From an uncultured Chthonomonadaceae bacterium (GTDB taxonomy: Bacteria > Armatimonadota > Chthonomonadetes > Chthonomonadales > Chthonomonadaceae): DNA of 64,000 nucleotides. Below the pieces are notes generated by a model. That model was given only the letters and a program-made list of their open reading frames with translations. It ran no database searches and was not told the DNA's origin. The DNA is taken from the NCBI GenBank assembly GCA_963817895.1, contig CAWFQB010000001.1, forward strand, positions 768,001 to 832,000, in the 5' to 3' direction. Positions 28,804-37,580 of the stretch are shown here, piece after piece (the first letter of the stretch is position 1; each line of letters starts with the position of its first letter). A program made the position numbers and the translations under genes.

Positions 28804-30023
28804 ATGCTGGCATTTACATGCTGCGCGATGATGTTTTTGTATGCCGCGTATTTGGGCGCGATTGGCGTGCTGCTTCCCGCTGTGGGCAAAACGTTCGAGC
28901 TTGGTTCCGCCGCGCAGGGGCGTTTGTTTCCCGCCAATTTCGTCGGCTTCATCCTGATTGTGCTGATTGCCGCGCCCGCGTCGGATCGCTGGAACCGCAA
29001 AACGGTGCTGATGCTCGGACAGGCGATGTTTGTAACCGGCTTGATCGTGTTCAGCCGCGCGCCTTCGTTCGGTGTCGCGCTTGCCGCGTCCCTGCTCATC
29101 GGCGGGGGAAGCGGCGCGGTGGGCGTGATTTCCAGCGCGTTGGCCTCGGATTTGTATCCATTGCGGCGTGGCGCGATGCTGGCGGCGATTCAGGTGGCGT
29201 TCGGATTGGGAGCCGCGCTTGGACCGGGATTGGGAAGCGTCCTGCTGTCGCATCAAGTCTCGTGGCGCTTGCTGTACGCGGGCGCGGCGTTCGCCGGGTT
29301 CGCCCTGCTGCTGGCGTTACAGGCGCAGAAGGAAGAGGGGGAGACAAGGAGAAGTGGAGAAGAGGGAAAAGGGAAAAGGGAAAAGGGAATAGGAGAATCC
29401 CCCTCAACTATCAACTATCAACTATCACCTCCCTCAACTATGCTCTCGCTGCGAAGCAACGCCCGGTACAACTGCTGTGCGTGATGCAGATTTGCTATGC
29501 GGGGGCTGAGGTTGGCTATTTCTCGTGGATGCCTACGTATTTTCAGACACAACTGCCGGGAGGCGCAGCCCTTGCGGGCGCGGTTATCAGCGTGTTCTGG
29601 ATTGCTATGACAATCGGGCGCAGTTTGACCGGCAAGTTTATGGGGCAGGCAGGCTTTATGCGCTCGTGCGCTTATCTGGCGACTGCGGGAGCCGTTTGCG
29701 CCGGAGTGACGCTGATCTGGCATAATCCCACAGTGGTTTTAGCCTGTATAGTTTTAACAGGCCTGTGCTTTGCGGGCATTTTTATTCTGATGAGCGCGGA
29801 AGCGAGCGAGCGGTACGCGCATAGTCTGGGCGCGATTTTCGGCTGCATCGTGGCGTGTGGCGGATTGGGAACCTCGCTGATTCCCTGGGCGGTTGGCGCG
29901 GTTGCGTCCACGAAAGTTGGTTGGACAGGCGGGCTGATGCTGGTTCCCCTTGCGGCGTTGGGCGTCGCCGCCTGCGCAATCCTATTGGGGCGTGAAAAGC
30001 AGTACGAGATTAGCCGCGAATAA
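28804..30023 (+). CDS. MFS transporter, frameshifted within a repeat insertion in the central loop
   Basis: N-half in ORF 28642..29484 (SDRWNRK motif A, six TMs), C-half in ORF 28791..30023. The frame switch falls in the heptamer repeats at about 29331-29445. Confidence 0.8.
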
Positions 30024-30099
30024 ACGCGAATGAACGCGAATAGCCATTCAGTCAGGGGAGAATAAACATCATGTCCTACGTACATCTTATATCTAAAAA

Positions 30100-30149
30100 G
30101 CCCCTCTCCTAGCGCGTTGCGCGGCAAGGAGAGGGGCTGGGGTGAGGTA
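30100..30149. repeat. Single arm of the cccctctcc/ggagagggg REP family
   Basis: cccctctcctagcgcgttgcgcggcaaggagaggggctggggtgaggta, nearly identical to the arm at 12285-12333. Confidence 0.85.
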
Positions 30150-30171
30150 TTTAGTTTTGAGGAGTAAGGAA

Positions 30172-30891
30172 TTGGGCAAGATTATGGGGCTGGATGTGGG
30201 GGCGAAGACGATTGGGGTCGCATTTTGCGAGGAGGGGACGCGGCTGGCGTTTCCGGGGAAAACTATCTGGCGGCAGGAGGGCAAAAAGCGCGACATGGCT
30301 GCTCTGCGCCAACTGGTTGCCGAAAATGACGTGAAGCGTATCGTGGTCGGAATTCCCCTGCTTTCCGACGGCTCGCGCGGCCCGCAGGCGGAAACCATCG
30401 AAGCGTTTATTGCCACGCTGCGCAACAGCGTCCGTATCCCCATTGTCACGCAGGACGAGCATTTGTCCACGCAGGAAGCTGAACAACTATTGTTCGCCGC
30501 AAACCGCCCCCGCGCCGAACACAAACGCACCCTCGATTCCGTCGCCGCCGCGCTGATTCTGCAATGGCATCTTGAGGAAGAAGAGGGGGAGAGAGGGAAG
30601 AGGGAAGAGGGAAGAGGGAAAAGAAAAGATACAAGATACAAGATACAAGATACAAGAAGAAGAGAACTCTTTCCTTTTCCCTCTTCCCTCTTCCCTGAGT
30701 GGGGCTGCCGATGTCTGAGCCGGAAACCACGTCGCGAAATTCGCTGCGGGCGCAGACGCTGCGGCAGCAGAAACGGATGCGCCGGATGCGCGGGCTGCTG
30801 GCGGGATTGCTGCTGGCGGGTCTGTGCGCGTGGGGCGGTTGGATGTGGGCGAGTTCCGCGCCTTCCAACAGCCATGCCGCCAAAACCGTAA
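30172..30891 (+). CDS. ruvX: YqgF/RuvX family nuclease (C-terminus extended by a repeat insertion)
   Basis: IMGLDVGAKTIGVA, IVVGIPL, QDEHLST, LDSVAAALILQ. Natural end probably near 30590-30698. Confidence 0.9.
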   Translation: MGKIMGLDVGAKTIGVAFCEEGTRLAFPGKTIWRQEGKKRDMAALRQLVAENDVKRIVVGIPLLSDGSRGPQAETIEAFIATLRNSVRIPIVTQDEHLSTQEAEQLLFAANRPRAEHKRTLDSVAAALILQWHLEEEEGERGKREEGRGKRKDTRYKIQDTRRRELFPFPSSLFPEWGCRCLSRKPRREIRCGRRRCGSRNGCAGCAGCWRDCCWRVCARGAVGCGRVPRLPTAMPPKP

Positions 30892-31787
30892 CCATTCCAC
30901 GCGGCGCGAACCGGCTTGCCATCGGCAATCTGCTGGTGGAGCAGGGGCTGATTCGTAGTTCCTATGTATTTATGTTGCAGACGCGAATGGAACACGCCGA
31001 AATCAAGGCGGGCAAGTACCGTCTGACTCCCAACATGGATATGGACGAGGTGATGAAAATTCTGCGGCGCGGCCCGAACGCGACCGTTGAAGGGTTGCCC
31101 GTCACCATTCCCGAAGGCTACACGCTGGAACAGATTGCTGAGGAGATGCAGGCGAAGGGCGTTTCGCAAAGCGAGTCGCTGCTGCAAATGGCGACCGACA
31201 AAGCGTACCTTGCTGGAATTCATGAGGATTTCGCGCTGCCCTCGCAAACGCTGGAGGGTTATCTGTTTCCCGATACCTACTCATTCAAGTACCATTCTCA
31301 GCCGAATGTCGTTTTGGAGGAGATGCTGCGCAACTTCGGGCGGCGGTTCGCGGACGCGCATCAGCAGGAGATTACCGCCAGCGGACACAGTCTGCATGAG
31401 ATTGTTACTATCGCGTCGCTTATCGAGCGGGAAGCGCGCGTCGAGCAGGACCGCGCTCGCATCGCCGGGGTTATCGAGAACCGCCTGCGGCGTAAAATGC
31501 GGCTTCAGATTGATGCCACTGTTCTGTATGCGTTGGGGTATCATAAAGACCGCGTGTTGTACCGGGATTTAACCGTGAAGTCGCCGTATAATACCTACCG
31601 TCACACCGGACTACCCCCCGGCCCGATTGCCAACCCCGGCCTGCCCAGCCTGATGGCCGCCCTGCATCCCGAAACCAACGTCTTTTTGTACTACGTCGCC
31701 CGCCCGGACGGTACGCACCTGTTTTCGCGCACTCCGAAAGAGCATGAGGCCGCCAAACGCCAGGCGCGGCAGGAACGACGAAGGTAA
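30711..31787 (+). CDS. mltG: Endolytic transglycosylase MltG
   Basis: VTIPEGY, LEGYLFPDTY, IASLIERE, LQIDATVLY, SPYNTY..GLPPGPIANPG, LYYVA. Confidence 0.96.
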   Translation: MSEPETTSRNSLRAQTLRQQKRMRRMRGLLAGLLLAGLCAWGGWMWASSAPSNSHAAKTVTIPRGANRLAIGNLLVEQGLIRSSYVFMLQTRMEHAEIKAGKYRLTPNMDMDEVMKILRRGPNATVEGLPVTIPEGYTLEQIAEEMQAKGVSQSESLLQMATDKAYLAGIHEDFALPSQTLEGYLFPDTYSFKYHSQPNVVLEEMLRNFGRRFADAHQQEITASGHSLHEIVTIASLIEREARVEQDRARIAGVIENRLRRKMRLQIDATVLYALGYHKDRVLYRDLTVKSPYNTYRHTGLPPGPIANPGLPSLMAALHPETNVFLYYVARPDGTHLFSRTPKEHEAAKRQARQERRR

Positions 31788-31789
31788 GA

Positions 31790-31882
31790 GTATTCGGTAT
31801 TCGGTGTTCGGTGTTCGGCTTATTCTTAAATACCTGCTTAAATCTTTGAATGTTGTACTCTGTTCTGAACACCGAATACCGA
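31790..31882. repeat. Paired inverted heptamer arrays (ggtattc/ggtgttc)
   Basis: gtattcggtattcggtgttcggtgttcgg ... gaacaccgaataccga, immediately after the mltG stop. Confidence 0.8.
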
Positions 31883-31964
31883 CTTTTGGGAACAATTAAA
31901 CCGCGCAGAGTGACGAACAGGCAACGATTTTTGAGTTTAAATTTTGAGCAAGGATGGTTTGCCC

Positions 31965-32723
31965 ATGTCACAACAGCCAAACGAAGGCAGCCCGCAAGCG
32001 TCACCAACGGAAACTCCGCGCAACGCCGCCACTGAAGCGGCAGCCGCTTCAACGCCTGCCGAAAGCGCGCGAACGCCCCTGACGCCGGAATTGATTGAAA
32101 CGAAGATTTTGCAGGCGCTCGATCCGAATGTCAGCAAGCCGGATATGCCCGTCAGCGGGTTGGGCGTTTCGCCGCAGGCCGTGAAGCGCGGACACCCGCG
32201 CCGCAAAGGGGTATTCATTTTCTGCCCGCATCGGCTTGTGGAAACGGTGTGGCAGGTTTCCGCCGACGAACTGCTGCAAATCGGAATTGCGGGCGTGATT
32301 CTCGATCTGGACAACACGCTCGTCAAGTGGCAGCAGGATGAGATGACGGAAGAGGTGACGGGCTGGCTCAAAGCCTTGCAGGAGCGCAAAATCAAGTTGT
32401 GCGTACTGTCCAACAGCATGATGAGCAAGCGCAGCGAAACCATTGCCGCCAAACTCAACAGCCCCTATGTGCGCCATGCCCGCAAGCCGAGCCGAACCGG
32501 ATTTGAAAAGGCAATGGCGGCGATGGGAACGGTTCCCGCGAACACGGCCATTGTGGGTGATCAGATGTTTACCGACATATGGGGCGGCAACCGGACGGGC
32601 ATCTATACCATCATGGTCAAGCCCATCCATCCGCGCGAATTCGCGTATACCCGCTACGTCAGCCGCCCACCGGAAAAACTGCTGCTCAAATACTTTAAGC
32701 GCGGAGGCCATCTAAAAGGATAG
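31965..32723 (+). CDS. yqeG: YqeG family HAD IIIA phosphatase
   Basis: ILDLDNTL, VLSN, ARKP, IVGDQMFTDIWGGNRTG. Confidence 0.93.
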   Translation: MSQQPNEGSPQASPTETPRNAATEAAAASTPAESARTPLTPELIETKILQALDPNVSKPDMPVSGLGVSPQAVKRGHPRRKGVFIFCPHRLVETVWQVSADELLQIGIAGVILDLDNTLVKWQQDEMTEEVTGWLKALQERKIKLCVLSNSMMSKRSETIAAKLNSPYVRHARKPSRTGFEKAMAAMGTVPANTAIVGDQMFTDIWGGNRTGIYTIMVKPIHPREFAYTRYVSRPPEKLLLKYFKRGGHLKG

Positions 32724-32822
32724 GTGTTCAGGTGTTCGGTGTTCGGTTAAGAACTTTGTTGGTCTGAAGTAAACTTGGGCTTTTCGATTTTCCGAACACC
32801 GAATACCGAACACCTGAACACC
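32723..32822. repeat. Paired inverted heptamer arrays (ggtgttc)
   Basis: ggtgttcaggtgttcggtgttcgg ... ccgaacaccgaataccgaacacctgaacacc. Confidence 0.85.
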
Positions 32823-32910
32823 CTTCTGCCTGCGGCTAATGATGCTGCATGTGCCTGCGTATAATCTAATTACGTACTTCAAAATAGGCCGGGAACAGAA
32901 CAAGGGATTT

Positions 32911-33849
32911 ATGGCGTCAAAGGTGAATAGTATCGCTGTCCCCGAAATACGCGGCAGTACCAGGATTGTGGGCGTGTTCGGGCATCCGGTCACGCACAGC
33001 CTGTCCCCGGCGATGCACAATGCCGCGTTCGCCGCTCTTGATTTACCGTTTGTGTACGTTGCTTTTCCGGTTGCGCCCGATGCGCTGGGGCCGGCTCTGC
33101 GGAGTCTGGCCGCGCTTGGCATTGTCGGCGTGAATTTGACGATTCCGCACAAGGAACGCGCTCTGGAATCAATGGACACGATTACAGAAGAAGCGCGGCT
33201 TGTAGGGGCCGTCAACACCGTTCATTGCATGGATGGGCGCTTGATTGGCGACAACACGGACGGACAGGGATTTTTTCAGCCGCTGGCCGAGGCGGGCGTG
33301 GATGTGGCGGGGCAGATGGTTGTCATATTGGGCGCGGGCGGCGCGGCGCGGGCGGTGGCGTATCGGCTGGCGCGTGAAGGGGCCAATCTTGTGCTGGCGA
33401 ATCGGACGCGGGAACGCGCCGAACGTTTGGCGGGGGAGATTACGTCATTATCCGATGTTACCCGCAGAGCCACTGCGCGCGTCGTGGACTGGAATGAGGA
33501 CGCGACTGACAACGCGGAACTGGCGGACGCTTTGCGAACGGCGCGCGTTCTGGTGAATACCACCCGCGTGGGCATGTTCCCCGACGACCATGCGATGCCT
33601 CCTTTGCCGCTAAACGCGCTTTCGCCGACAACTTTAGTCTATGATCTGGTATATAATCCTGTAGAGACCCGATTGCTGCGGGAAGCCCGACGTGGGGGAT
33701 GCGCAACCCTGACGGGCGTGAAAATGCTGGTATATCAGGGCGCGGCGGCGTTTCAGCGCTGGTGCGGCGTGTGGCCGCCAACGGATGTTATGGAAAAAGC
33801 CGTTCTGAACGGCTTGAGGGAAAAGAAAAAAGGAGAGAGGGAAGAGTAA
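32911..33849 (+). CDS. aroE: Shikimate dehydrogenase
   Basis: HSLSPAMHN, NLTIPHK, GAVNT, NTDGQG, GAGGAA, DLVYNP, MLVYQG. Confidence 0.96.
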   Translation: MASKVNSIAVPEIRGSTRIVGVFGHPVTHSLSPAMHNAAFAALDLPFVYVAFPVAPDALGPALRSLAALGIVGVNLTIPHKERALESMDTITEEARLVGAVNTVHCMDGRLIGDNTDGQGFFQPLAEAGVDVAGQMVVILGAGGAARAVAYRLAREGANLVLANRTRERAERLAGEITSLSDVTRRATARVVDWNEDATDNAELADALRTARVLVNTTRVGMFPDDHAMPPLPLNALSPTTLVYDLVYNPVETRLLREARRGGCATLTGVKMLVYQGAAAFQRWCGVWPPTDVMEKAVLNGLREKKKGEREE

Positions 33850-34063
33850 AACTTTTCCCTCTTCCCTTTTCCCTTGCATTGTGATACAATCGGGCGCGTG
33901 GTTCTCCGTTTGTTTGGCTGCTCGGAATAAAGAACGCGCGTCTTTCGGCAATATTCGATATAACTGACCAGAACAGAGTTGTGGCAAAGCGAGGCGCAAG
34001 CAATTTTGCGCTTTTCTGACCCCTGACTCCTGACTCCTGATCCTTGAATGTGGAGATACAAGC

Positions 34064-35878
34064 ATGGTAATGGCACGCAAGAGTCTTGGCGACTATATGC
34101 TCGAAAAGCAGTACCTTACCGAGACGCAACTTGAGGAGGCCCGCAAGGCGCAGCAGAGCACGCGCGGCGACCTTGCCAAAATCCTCGTCGAAATGGGCGT
34201 GGATGGCCGCAAGGTGTACGAAGCGAAAGCCCATGAAATGGGCGTCCCGTTTGTAGATTTGTCTAAATTCAAGCCCGAACCCGGCGCGATCAACATCGTG
34301 CCGAAGCACGTCGCCACGCGGCACAATGTGCTTCCCCTTCGCAAGCAGGAGCAAGTGTTGTGGGTCGCGATGACCGATCCCAACAACATTCAGGCCTCGG
34401 ATGACCTGCGCCTGGTTTCGCGCTGCACCATCAAGGCCGTCCTTGCCCCGCCCACCGACATTGAGGACGCCATTGGCCGTAATTACGGCAGCGATCTTGC
34501 GCCCGAAGCCGTTACCGGCGCGGCCACGACCTCACCCGGCATGAACCCTATGGGCAAAGGGGGCATGAATCCCAACAAAGCGGCCAGCAACGACATTATG
34601 GATACGGATGTTAAGTCCGCTATGGCCGAAGTCGTCGCCATTCGGGGAGCGCAGGGGGATGCGGCGAAGGAAGATGAAGCCGCCGCGCTGGAAGCCGAAG
34701 TGGAAGCCGCGCCTATTGTCCGTCTCGCCAACACCATTTTGCAGTCGGCCATCAAAGAGAAAGCGTCGGATATTCACATCGAACCGGACCGCCGCAACAT
34801 TCGCGTCCGTTTTCGTATTGACGGCGTACTGCACGAAGTCATGCAGATGCCCGGTTATATCAAAGCCCCGCTTGTCGCCCGCTACAAAATTTTGTCGGAA
34901 ATGAACATCGCGGAACGCCGCGTCCCGCAGGACGGACGCATCGGAACCCGCTTTGACAACAAAGAATACGACCTGCGCGTGTCGTGCCTGCCCAGCCTGC
35001 ATGGCGAAAAAATCGTTATGCGTATTCTGGACAAGAGCAGCGTTATGCTCGGCATGAACAAACTGGGTTTTACGCCCGAAATGCAGACGCAGATTGAGGA
35101 ACTGGCCGCGCAGCCGAACGGAATGTTGTTGTCCACCGGCCCAACCGGATCGGGCAAAACAACCACGCAATATTCGCTGCTGAACAAACTCAACGACATT
35201 GAAAAGAACATTCTCACGGTAGAAGACCCGTGCGAGTACCAGTTGAGCGGCATCACGCAGGTACAGGTGAACAAAAAAGCCGGCCTGACGTTCAGTTCCG
35301 CGTTGCGCTCGTTCTTGCGGCAAGACCCGGACATCATCATGGTCGGGGAGATGCGCGATCTGGAAACGGCGGAAATCGCTATTGAATCCGCGCTTACGGG
35401 CCACCTTGTGCTTTCCACGCTGCACACCAATGACGCGCCCTCGGCAACGATTCGTTTGATTGATATGGGCATCGAGCCGTTCCTTATCTCGGCCACCATC
35501 ATCGGCATCATGGCGCAGCGGCTTGGACGGCGCATCTGCTCCAACTGCAAAGAGTATTACGAGGTTCCTGCCAGTGACCTGCGCCGCTTCGGTTACAAAG
35601 TGACCGACCCGAACGAGATGGTGCAACTGGCGCGCGGCAAGGGCTGCGAAATGTGCCGCAACACCGGGTATAAGGGCCGCGTCGGGTTCTACGAACTGAT
35701 GACGATGAACGCGGAGATGGCGGAAATGGTGGTTCGCCGCGCCCCGCTGACGGACTTGAAGGAAGCCGCCAAAGCCAACGGCATGAAGGAACTGCGCGAA
35801 GACGGTCTGGTCAAAGTTTTGCAAGGCATGACCACGCCCGAAGAGGTTATGCGCGTCGTCTTCACCGCCGGTTTCTAG
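34064..35878 (+). CDS. pilB: Type IV pilus assembly ATPase PilB (GspE family)
   Basis: N-terminal MshEN/T2SSE_N region, ASDIHIEP, RFRIDG, PQDGR, Walker A GPTGSGKT, Asp box TVEDP, LRQDPDIIMVGEMRD, GHLVLSTLHTN, tetracysteine motif. Confidence 0.96.
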   Translation: MVMARKSLGDYMLEKQYLTETQLEEARKAQQSTRGDLAKILVEMGVDGRKVYEAKAHEMGVPFVDLSKFKPEPGAINIVPKHVATRHNVLPLRKQEQVLWVAMTDPNNIQASDDLRLVSRCTIKAVLAPPTDIEDAIGRNYGSDLAPEAVTGAATTSPGMNPMGKGGMNPNKAASNDIMDTDVKSAMAEVVAIRGAQGDAAKEDEAAALEAEVEAAPIVRLANTILQSAIKEKASDIHIEPDRRNIRVRFRIDGVLHEVMQMPGYIKAPLVARYKILSEMNIAERRVPQDGRIGTRFDNKEYDLRVSCLPSLHGEKIVMRILDKSSVMLGMNKLGFTPEMQTQIEELAAQPNGMLLSTGPTGSGKTTTQYSLLNKLNDIEKNILTVEDPCEYQLSGITQVQVNKKAGLTFSSALRSFLRQDPDIIMVGEMRDLETAEIAIESALTGHLVLSTLHTNDAPSATIRLIDMGIEPFLISATIIGIMAQRLGRRICSNCKEYYEVPASDLRRFGYKVTDPNEMVQLARGKGCEMCRNTGYKGRVGFYELMTMNAEMAEMVVRRAPLTDLKEAAKANGMKELREDGLVKVLQGMTTPEEVMRVVFTAGF

Positions 35879-35917
35879 CCCTCACCCCTAGCCCCTCTCC
35901 CAAGTTTGGGAGAGGGG
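35879..35917. repeat. Short cccctctcc/ggagagggg REP
   Basis: ccctcacccctagcccctctcccaagtttgggagagggg directly after the pilB stop. Confidence 0.8.
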
Positions 35918-35965
35918 AACTCTTGTTTTGATGGTGTGCTGCATAGAGAAAGCGCAGGGGCAGCC

Positions 35966-37282
35966 ATGTCGGACGAGGACGCGAAAACCGAACAGCCGAC
36001 GCCTGACCCGTTGCCGGATATAGATGTCCGCTCTGCCATAGCCGAAGTGATTGCATTAGCAGGAGCGCAGGACGCGGCGACTGATTATGAAGACGAACAC
36101 CAAAAACAAGTTGAGGAAGCGCCGATAGTTCGACTTGCCAATACCATTTTACAGTCGGCTATTAAAGAAAAAGCGTCGGATATTCACATCGAACCGGATC
36201 GCCGCAACATTCGCGTCCGCTTCCGTATTGACGGCGTACTGCACGAAGCGATACAGATGCCGGGTTATATTACAGCCCCTCTCACGCGACGGTACAAAGT
36301 CTTAGCGAATGTAAACATCATAGAGTACCGTGTGCCACAGCAAGGCCAGATAGGTACGCGGTATGACGGCATTGAGTACACTCTACGGTTTAACACAGTC
36401 CCAACGCACTACGGCGAAAAGATTATAATTCGCCTTTCTGCCACATCCGGCGCGAAGTTGTACATAAATCAAGTAGGTTTTACGCCCGAAGTGCAGGCGG
36501 CGCTAGAGGATTTGCTGTTCTGGCGACCGGGCATGTTGTTGATTGCAGCAGGAAACGGGCAGGGCAAGACGACCACGCAGTATACGTTTCTGAACCGTCT
36601 GAACTCTGTGGATAAAAGCATTTTTGCGGTAGCCCCCGATTACGATTATACGCTGCCGGGAATTACGCAAGCCACGCTGAACCCCGGTATCGGCTACACG
36701 GCGGAAGCGGCATTAGCGTCTATCGCCAATCTGGACGCGCAAGTTGTCGCGCTGGATCGCTGCCGTTCGCGGGAAGCCACGCAGCTGGCGTTGGGCATGG
36801 CAGCCGCCAACACAATTGTTTTGCAAACCCTGACGGCTTCCAACGCTTTGTCGGCGTTGCGGTATCTGACCGAGAGCGCGGAACGGGGTTTGATTGCGGA
36901 AGGGTTAAGCGGTATTCTCGCCCAAACGTTGGTTCGCCGCCTTTGTTCCAACTGCAAAGTATTTTACGAGGTCACTGCTCAGGACTTGCGCCGTTTTGGA
37001 TACAAAGTGACTGATCCCAATGAAAGTGTGCAGATTGCGCGTGGCACAGGCTGCGAACAGTGCCTCAATACAGGCTACAAAGGCCGTCTCGGATTATTTG
37101 AACTGTTGACGATGAACGCGGAATTGGCGAATATGATTGTTCTGAGAGCTTCTGAGAAAGACTTGAAGGAAGCCGCCAGAGCCAACGGCATGAGGGAACT
37201 GCGCGAAGACGGGCTGGTCAAGGTTTTACAGGGAATAACGACACCCGAAGAGGTTGTACGCGCCGTTCCGATGCGGATGTAA
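35966..37282 (+). CDS. PilB paralogue lacking the N-terminal domain, with degenerate ATPase motifs (pseudo-ATPase)
   Basis: Near-identical to PilB over APIVRLANTILQSAIKEKASDIHIEPDRRNIRVRFRIDGVLHE and the C-terminal Zn region; Asp box, Walker B and His box replaced. Confidence 0.88.
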   Translation: MSDEDAKTEQPTPDPLPDIDVRSAIAEVIALAGAQDAATDYEDEHQKQVEEAPIVRLANTILQSAIKEKASDIHIEPDRRNIRVRFRIDGVLHEAIQMPGYITAPLTRRYKVLANVNIIEYRVPQQGQIGTRYDGIEYTLRFNTVPTHYGEKIIIRLSATSGAKLYINQVGFTPEVQAALEDLLFWRPGMLLIAAGNGQGKTTTQYTFLNRLNSVDKSIFAVAPDYDYTLPGITQATLNPGIGYTAEAALASIANLDAQVVALDRCRSREATQLALGMAAANTIVLQTLTASNALSALRYLTESAERGLIAEGLSGILAQTLVRRLCSNCKVFYEVTAQDLRRFGYKVTDPNESVQIARGTGCEQCLNTGYKGRLGLFELLTMNAELANMIVLRASEKDLKEAARANGMRELREDGLVKVLQGITTPEEVVRAVPMRM

Positions 37283-37348
37283 CTGCTTGTGCCGAGTATT
37301 AAATACCCGGCAGGAAAGCGCAAGCATCCTAATGACGCAACTTTCTAT

Positions 37349-37518
37349 TAAGAGCCTATCCCGGTAGGCCGGGTACAAAGAACGTACCCGTCTGAGTGGC
37401 CTGCGGCCAAGCGTCCTTCGGACGCAAATGCAATCGCCTGTTGGGATAGGCTCTAAGCCTCCCGCGTCCGAAGGACGCCTGGCGGAACGCCATATAGACA
37501 GGGGTTTTCAACCTCTGG
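37349..37518. repeat. REP copy B overlapped by a small MITE-like unit
   Basis: Inverted relative of 1156-1287 (tggcctgcggccaagcgtccttcggacgca ... gcgtccgaaggacgc); plus IR gagcctatccc / gggataggctc, each flanked by taa. Confidence 0.75.
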
Positions 37519-37580
37519 CGCGGGCTGGGGCGAGTGTGATTACCGAAGGAGAGGACGAACTTGAAAAATTCTTCTAACTC

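Noticed and set aside
34690..37260. pilB/pilB* similarity as a DGR template/variable repeat pair
   Set aside because: Differences are mostly synonymous and not adenine-specific; no reverse transcriptase in the window.
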